This document shows, piece by piece, positions 56,101 through 64,000 of a DNA stretch of 64,000 nt. The stretch's first letter is position 1. The number at the start of each line of letters is the position of its first letter. The stretch lies in the NCBI GenBank assembly GCA_013239625.1, contig MU053352.1, positions 355,485 through 419,484 of the forward strand, in the 5' to 3' direction. Below the pieces are notes generated by a model. The model was given only the letters and a program-made list of their open reading frames with translations. It was not told the origin of the DNA and did no database searches. The stretch comes from Lama guanicoe (taxonomy: Eukaryota). The position numbers and the translations under genes are program-made.

Positions 56101-59100
56101 GGAAATGGTTCCACAGGCGCATACTGTGCACCCACTGTGTGCAGAGGACAGTGTCCTGTCACACGGTCTCCCCAGTCCTGTGTACCAGCCGTGATGGACA
56201 CACCAGCCCAGGGCCGCCAGCTTCTCAGGAAAGCTACCGCCCACAGTCCGCTGGAGGGAAGCAGCTTCAGCTGCCCTTTGCCCTTGGGCCTGTCACCTCT
56301 AACTCCCCACCATGGCCACCTGACCCAAACTGGAAGGTCCCTGCAGCACTGGTGCCGAAGCTCTGTCCAAGCAGAGACCAGGGGCAGGCTGAGCCCTGTG
56401 GTGTCTTTCCGGGGAATGACCAAAAACACAGCACTGGTTTCCGTGCTAAGGGGCAGCCTGAGGGCAGAACAGGGCAGGTGCGGGACGTGGGACCCCAGGG
56501 CTCCGTCCAGAGGAAAGCGGGGATCTGTGTTCACCAACACGAGAACTAGTCAGAACCAAACCAAAGCAGGTTAGCTTTTGTCCTACAGGGAACACTATTA
56601 AGCCAACTCAACAACTCGATCCATTTTCAATATGGTCCAATTTAAATCACTTCCATTTGTTTTCATTTCCATTTGTATTTCTTTTTTTCTAACTTAGGAG
56701 CTGTCTCCTCAGAGTGTAAGACTACCCCCCTCCCCGGGGCCAAGGGCCTCTGTTTCCACGTGTCCCGTCTGGACTGCCTTCCCAGGCTCTTTATACAGCA
56801 GGTCGTGGGACTACCTGAGGCCACCCAGGCAAGTCCCTGCTCCCTCAAGGAAGCAGGATCCCGACACGATGGGACTGACCTGACAAGCAGCACCCTTGGA
56901 AGGGCTTTCCCATCATACCTCCCACCCCAACCACCTCTACCTCCTCAGTCCGCCTGTGTCTTTATGCCTCTGTGATCTCAAGCCTCAGCTTTTCATTTTA
57001 ACATAAACTGGCTGGCAATCGGTTGGGAATAGAATCCTACAAGTTACCCCCTTGCAAATTCACGTCCACCCTGGAACCTCAGAACTGAAGTCATTTGCTA
57101 AGAGGGTTGGTGCGGTGTTACTACCTGGTACCTGACTGGGGTAGGTGGGCCCTTAGTCCAGTATGACTGTTCTTATAAGAAGCCACAAGCACAGGGAAGA
57201 CAGCCACGTGACAACGGGGGCCAAGGCTGGAGTGACGCGTCTGCAAGCCGAGAACACCAAGGACTGCTGGCAATGCCAGAAGCAGAAGAGGCAGGGACAG
57301 CGCCTCCCCTGGAACCTTTGGCAGAAGCACGGTTCTGCCTACACATCGATTTTGGACTTGGCCTCCAGAACTTTGGGAGAACAATGTTCTGTTGTTTGAA
57401 AGTCTGTGGTACTTTGCTACCTCGGCGCTAGGAGATCAATACACACAAGGAGGAGACAGAGACAGAAGGAAGCACCTTGGGAGCCCAGGACAGTTCTGGG
57501 TCCTCCACAGGGCTCTCCTCGGCATTTGCGGGCCCACTCACCCCTACTCAGCACCACCTGGGCCTCCCTGATGGCACACTCCTCCTGCTGTCGGTGGAAT
57601 ATCTGCACCGATGCCACCTCCTGCCACTCGGTCAGGACCTGGGGCAGACGAAGAACAGAGGGTGATCACGACACATCCTGACTTCCAGGGGTCAGCCCAG
57701 CTCCTCGCAGTCAGGCCAAGGGGTGGACGCAGGGCGCTCACACACACTCTAGGAAGTGCCCACCATCCATGCAGACCACAGGCAGCCATCCCCAGTCCCC
57801 TCGCAACTCAGGCGATGGGACCAGAGGAGTTAAACTTCATACTAAGCCACAAAGAGATCAAGTCCTTACGTGGGCCTTCATTCTATTATCTCTCAAATAG
57901 AAGCCATACGTTAGATGCATGTTCATACACAACACACACATGAAATCACAGTAACACAGGGGATGCTGGGGCCTGCTCCCCAGTCATGAACACCATCCCC
58001 CCACAAAGGCCTCCTCCTTTCTGAGCTCTGAAGCCAGTCCTTCCAGGGCAGGGGACACACACACGGCCTAGGAGCCTTCCTGAGATCAGCCTGGGCCTTG
58101 ACCATATGTAGTCACTGCTCATCCATGGAGGCTTCAAAGCCATCAGGAAAAGCCCGGGGCTCCCAGCAACTGCTTTCTTCTAAAACACCGAGCCCAGTGG
58201 CCACCTCCATTGTGCTACTTCTGTTTGAGTCTTGTCTCATGGCACATCTTCCCACGGCCACGTCCCTCCCAGCGCATGGGACGAGGCCCAACCAAGTGGC
58301 ATTTGGGGGGCTACTTCCCACCAATGGTCACCAAGGGCCTCACATTCCCGGATGCTCTCTGGAAGGCCCTCACAGCCACAAATCCTAAGAGGCCACTGAG
58401 CAGGCGCGGGCACCCGAGCTCCCTGTGCCCACAGACAAGGAGTGGAGGCGTGGAGGCTTACATGGTTTGCCCCAGCGCAAAAGTCCACACGTGCAGGAAA
58501 CACTGGTTCTGGTAAGAGCTGGTTCACACTCACTACGTGCCATGCTTTTGCCTGAATGGACACTGGCTCGCAGGTCAGTGAAACAAACAACAGACCCACC
58601 TGCAGGCACGGTCGTGTGTTTCTAGGCACCTCGTTCAGCTCAAATGTCCGGAGCCACCCCCAGGTCACCCCCTCACAGGACCATGGCCCAAACCCCCTGG
58701 GCGACCAGCTGGCCTGCCCAGCCTCACCTTGGAGCACAGGGTCCTTCTGTAGTGAGCCGCTGCTCGAGACGCCTTCTTTGCTTCATCTGCTTGGGCCACG
58801 GCGTTCTCTCTCCAGCGACATAACACACCCCTGCAGGCACACAGTGAGCCGGGGTGACCCACTGTGGAGACAGTGCAAGGTCTCCCTATGTCTAAGCGCC
58901 ACTATCACCCTGACCGCTGTGTTGATGCTGACCACACCCCCACCACGTGGCTGCACAGCTCTGTGGCTGTGCACAGCTGTGCCAGTGCTGGGGGAGCACG
59001 GACCCCCGCAGCCTCACGTGTTTACGAGCAACAGGGAACACAGAGCTGTAACCAGGCAACGATGTCACAGGTGGTTCACCCGTGATGAGAGGTAGAGACA

Positions 59101-62089
59101 AGGAAGCTGGAGGAAGGGCACCGGCAGCCTGGAACAGCACCGCTGAACAAATGCAGGGGAAGGGAAAGCCAGCTGAACAAGGGAGGGAGGCCAGCAGAGG
59201 AAGAGGAGGTCAGAGCTGGGTTCAGCAGGAGCCACAGGACGGGCTCAGGAGGGAGCGGAGCAAGGGGCACAGTGACGACAGATGATGCCAGAGGCTGGGA
59301 GTGACTGCAAAGTCTGCGAGAGGCCTAGAGAGCCAGGAACAGAGGGGAGCTCCTGCCTGGGAGCTGACAGGAGGTGACCTAGTGCCTCGAGAAGCCGAAT
59401 CCCTTAGGTCTGCACTGGGCAGGGCAAGGCGCTCAGGGAAAAAGACAAGCGGGAGACATCGCAGCTGCTTCCCCAAGGCCCTGCTCTGCAAACAGCATGG
59501 GTTCAAGACGCAGGAGGGGACCCAGTGAACAGCGCTCGCAGAGGAAAATCCAAAGCCAGCACAAGGCAGCCGGGCCCATCCTCCTGGCCCTTATCAGGGC
59601 CCCCATCCACCTGAGTCTGCAGCCTGCCTGCCCCAGGCTGGCCTGGGGCCCGGACACTCACCGCAGCAGTCGCCTCTCGTGCTGGCTCTCCCTGGCTGCT
59701 GCCTCTTGCAGGACACTCCGCACGTGGCTCTGGTAAATCTGTAGATGACCAGGAGGACTAGAGGCCACCCTGGGACGCCTCGCTCCCCATTCTCAGGCAC
59801 CCTCAGAGGTGCGTCCTCAGCAGGGCTGCAGGGCCCGGGACACTGGGCACAGAGGGCGGGGAGGCCAGAAGCCCACCCAACAACAGGGAGAGGACTGGCT
59901 AAGCCCTCACCTGCCAAGTCCAATCCCCTGGACAAGGCTGGTACCCGAGCAAGGATGGGAGAACTCAGCTCTGAGGGTGTTAAGACCCACAGGCCAGGGT
60001 ACTGGCTCTGTCTGAGCCTTATGGAATCACTTTTGGGAGGTGCAGGAGGAACCAGGAAGGGAAACAAAGCCTCTGGAACCCTCTCCCTGCGAGGTAAGGA
60101 GACGTGGAGGAATGCAGTATCTCCTACCCCCCAGGTCTGTAGCGCCCTGGACAGCAAAGTGTGCCGGCGGTGAAGGCCGGCTCGCATCAGCTTCTGCCGC
60201 TCGGCGCCACGCAGGGCCAGGCACTGCGGACAGAGGAGACAGCTGGCCACCGAGCGCTGGGCCGAGAGGCTCAGCTGTGCCTCCATTTACACTCAGTTTC
60301 AGGGGAGCTTGGGGAAGGTACTTAACCCCTGAGCCCCAGGGTCCTCATTTACAGACAAGGCCTCTGAGGATTCAACGGGTTAAGTGCCCGCTTGCGGGCA
60401 AACTAAGCAGCATCAGCTCAGCATTTATTCACCCCAGGGGGAGGCCTCTGAACCATGAGATCAGGAACTCAGGGAGGAACAGCCCAGAAACTAACAGAAC
60501 AAGGAACTGTGACCTTATCACCTCACAAAACCAGGTCGGCACTGCGCCTGCAGCCCGGCCTCCTCCCCACACTCAGAGGCAGGTGGTTCTGAGGGACCTG
60601 GGAGAAGCCCATGTGTCCGCCCTGAGCCACCCCGCCCTCAGTTCCCCGTGCGGGGGGCGCCCGTGCCAAGGCCTCACCTCCTTCCACCTGCTCCAGGCCC
60701 CACGCAGGAGCCGTGCTGACCGGAACTGCGCAGCCTGCGCTCTGCCCATCCTCCTGTGGGGAGACAGTCTGTACTCCACGCCCAGCCAGATCCTTCAAGG
60801 ACACTCTTCAGAGGCCCTCCTTACAGACCCTGGCCCCTGCCCAGCGGTTCTTAACTTTGGAAGGGAATCAAGACTCTTTCAGAAGAAACTGGGCTCTCTG
60901 CCCAGAAAAGTGCACATATAATCACATTTTGAGGACAGCTTCACAGGGCTTTGTATTCATGTGCAGGTAACTGAGGAGGATGTTACAAGTGGCCAGAGTC
61001 TGAGCGGTGGGAGATCCTCAGAGCACAGAGTAGACCTAGAAAGGCACCAAGGCAGGACAACACCTGCAGGGGACATATGGGCACCTGCCCTGACCCCTAA
61101 CCACACAGTGTGGTAGAAACTCCCATACCTGCCCCAGCACTGCCACTGGTCCTGGCAGATCAGCTATCCCAACACAGGCCTGTCAGTCTCTTTCATGGCC
61201 ATGGCTGCCTCTAGTGGGCCCCAACAAGTGAGCAGGACTGGCTGATGGACAGACCTCAGACCCACAGGCTCTCTGATCAGCTGAGCTCCTGATACCCCGG
61301 CAAGGGTGGGAGAACTCAGCTCTGTGGGTGTAAGACCCATGGGCCCAGTTTTGCTTAGACTGTTTCAGGTTGGATTTCCAGGACCTAAGACCGGGGTCTA
61401 GGCTTCAACGACCCCCCAGACAGATACTCAGAGCCAACAGCCCTGCTGCTCGTGCCAAAGCTGCCCTGAACCTGGAACAGCTTCCAAGGCCCACGCAGCC
61501 ACTCACTCTGTTCTGAGCCCTCGGGCGCGCTCCCTCCAGACACTAAAGGCCTTCCTCAGCCGCCCCAGCCGGTGGTGGGCACAGGCCACTGCCTGCCGCT
61601 GCAGCTCCAGGCGACATGCTGCCGCTTGTTGGTGCCATGTGGACCAGGACCTCCGCAGAAGCTGCCGCTCCAGGTGGAGGATGGCCTGTGGCAGGGAGAG
61701 ATCAGAATGCATCAAATAGGATGGCGTACAGAAGCCAGGAAGGGTCTGCAGGCAACGAATGATGACCACGGCAGAAGAAATGGATGTTGAGGAGCTGCCC
61801 TGGCCCTAGAGCCAACTATAAACTTCGTTGACAAAGAAAATGGACACCCTGGACCCTGCCCCCTGCCTCGTGAGTCCTGGACACAGGCAAGACGCCCTTC
61901 AGTTTGGGCCTGGGTGCGGGCAGCATGCTGAGGAGGGGAGGCAGTGAGTGTGAAGGCTTTAAGCAGGTCCTGCTGGTCCCAGCACCTCCTTGAGGAGAGC
62001 CCCTTACCAATCTCTCTGCCAAGCGGTGTTCTTGATGCTGAAACATCTTCTGACGCCAAAGAACAAACACTTGCTTCTCTAAACTCTCC
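50156..62089 (-). CDS. SFI1: SFI1 centrin-binding protein, 3' part (5' exons lie beyond the window). Exons: 62008-62089, 61507-61685, 60678-60753, 60128-60223, 59662-59738, 58728-58830, 57542-57638, 55056-55216, 54560-54634, 53940-54014, 53654-53830, 53315-53577, 52719-52823, 52424-52637, 51092-51203, 50887-50964, 50335-50446, 50156-50260
   Basis: Trp-containing Sfi1 repeats ([62 protein letters not shown]), then SRRVTFEGP and [14 protein letters not shown]. The C-terminus is [12 protein letters not shown]...[20 protein letters not shown] (TAG 50156-50158). GT-AG junctions are phase-consistent except one (see findings). Confidence 0.93.
51700..52330. mobile_element. L2 LINE remnant in SFI1 intron
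   Basis: Degenerate L2 3' motifs (caggccagaaacccaggaaccatcctggattcc; aaatccaaacttctcaccagggcc). Confidence 0.6.
57030..57442 (+). mobile_element. MLT1C-like solo LTR in SFI1 intron
   Basis: aattcacgtccaccctggaacctcagaa...tgcaagccgagaacaccaaggactgctggcaa...gattttggacttggcctccagaact. Confidence 0.7.
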
Positions 62090-63329
62090 CTAAAAGAACA
62101 CAAACAAGTAACAGTAAAGCACTTAAAATCATTGGGTTTTCTCTCTTATATGGCACCATTATGAGCCAAATAAGCCCAGGGGAGGAAGGCAGACAATAAC
62201 CAAAATTCCCACAAATGACCTACCACTTTCCAAGTTATTTCTGGCCTCACCCTCCCAGGATGCAAAAGACTGACTTTGAGACCCTGGTTCTTCATCATGC
62301 CCCCAGTGAACTGCCAACAGTTCTCAACAATCACAGTGAAAGTCTTTCCTGTCCACACTGTGCAGCCAGGCTCCTGCTACAAATCCCTGGGGGAAGTGGT
62401 TAAAAACAGGTATCAGACCCCTAAGCCCCAGGAAAGGGTATTTTAAACCAGTGTTCCAGGTGAGGTGGACAGAGAGACAGGTCTGTCACCTCTGCCCAGG
62501 CCTGCCTGCTCACCGTGATGACATGATGTCAAAACCCGCAAAAGCAGCACTGGGACAACTGGCCAACAGCCAGCAGGGGCTGAGCCTTGGCAAAGCCACC
62601 AGGACCGATGCTGGGGGGCAGAGAGGTGGCTCTCCTGACGTTTAACCCATCAGACACACCACGTTAGATGAAGAGCTCCACTTCCAGCCATGACACAGCC
62701 GCTGGTCCTGGTCCTGCCCCCAGCCAGGTATTACAAAACGGGATGAGGTATGAGGCAATTGTTTCCAGACACTGGACCAGATGTGACCTTTGAGAGATGT
62801 GATCTTTGAGAGATGAGAAATATGGAAGGTGAGCCCCTTGGCCACCCAGGCTTTCGCCTGTGGGCACTTTCTGGACACCAGGGCCAGGGGAAGGAGTCCA
62901 AGCTGAGCATGACAGTCTCCCTGAGCTGAGGCAGAGACTGGGGTTTGAGACCACAGGGGACTGCGTGGACATGTGTCGCCTGCCTAAGCCTGGGCAGGCA
63001 GTGACCGTACCCTGCCCCTGGCACGCTGATGGACACCTGGTGCACTCCACAGGAGAGGCTGCTCAGGCAGACTCCACGAGCCCCAGCAGAGTGGCTGCTT
63101 CAGGACTAAGAGCTGAACGGAGGTACGAGGGGTGGGGCAGGGCTGGGAGACGGCATTCTGGCCTAGTCAGAGTGAAGGGACCTCACAACTCAGTAAGGCC
63201 TTAGGAGTAAAAGCTGTGACCTAACACTGAAGAGAAAATCAAAAAGACCCACACGAAGAAAGAATAAACCCACACTGGCTAGGATCAACAGGAATCACCA
63301 GAACAAACAGGAACCACCACCTGCTACAA

Positions 63330-63815
63330 AATGCAATATACAGCATCGAGGAAAAAGGTGTGAACAGAAATAATGACCCAAATTTAAAAACAGCTATTAT
63401 ATATGTTTGAGTACTTAAATGAAAACATAAACAAAATTAGTTACCAGAAAGAGAATGTCGGCAGAGAAATAAACTACAAAAAGAAAACCTAAATGGTGGT
63501 TCCACAAAAAGTTAAACACAGAATTACCATATTGGCCTTACATACATAAGACCACTTACTTTGCTCTCAATAAAGAAAGAAATACTGTTGGAAAGTAAGC
63601 AAGTAAAGCAAGCTGCATACTGGAAGAAAATATTTTCAATCTGTGTATCTAGCAAAAAACTTGTATCCAGAATATATTGAAAAAATTCTACAAATCAGTA
63701 ATAATTTTTAAAAGACATATAACCTAGTTTTTTAAAAAGCTAGGAACAAGACTTGAACAGACACTTCACAAAAGATATACAAATAAATGGTCAATAGGCA
63801 CACGATAAAGGCTAA
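63330..63815 (+). mobile_element. Old L1 fragments in SFI1 intron
   Basis: A-rich; aagacttgaacagacacttcacaaaag, cttgtatccagaatata. Confidence 0.65.
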
Positions 63816-64000
63816 GAGAGTCAAATCTGTCTGGTATTCAAAGAATGGAACTCAGCTCAGACTGAAATGAGTTGACACAGCTCTACCATTAATCAGGTCA
63901 GGAGGACAGACACAGATAAAGCCAACTGCAAGAAAACACTGCTTCTCCCAAGGTCGCGCAGCAGCTGTGAGATGCCACAAGGAGCCCCCTCTTTTCTGAG

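Noticed and set aside
60040..60921. 293-aa plus-strand ORF and other long ORFs in 37-63 kb (e.g. 52269-52925, 55905-56540)
   Set aside because: GC-rich, stop-poor sequence that is antisense to or intronic in SFI1/PISD; no recognisable domains.

Overview
Mammalian nuclear DNA, very probably camelid (camel/alpaca) judging by several camelid-type tRNA-derived SINEs. The region appears orthologous to the human PRR14L-PISD-SFI1 block. From left to right it holds: (1) a repeat-free ~2.1 kb 3'UTR-like segment ending in AATAAA, probably PRR14L by synteny; (2) a decayed, intronless HNRNPA1 retrocopy on the minus strand (~4755-5680); (3) a TE-dense spacer; (4) the complete PISD gene on the plus strand, with 8 coding exons (1230 nt, 409 aa, LGST self-cleavage motif) plus an internal CpG-island promoter and two alternative exons giving a 374-aa isoform with a different N-terminus; (5) the last 18 coding exons of SFI1 on the minus strand, tail-to-tail with PISD. 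I see no new multi-gene system. The most notable oddities are an apparent 1-nt deletion at an SFI1 splice acceptor, where intron retention would restore the frame; a 25-bp inverted-repeat cassette carrying the poly(A) signals of both convergent genes; a duplicated segment in two SFI1 introns; and a body-less poly(A) insertion with a target-site duplication. Homology calls come from recalled protein/repeat sequences, not database searches.
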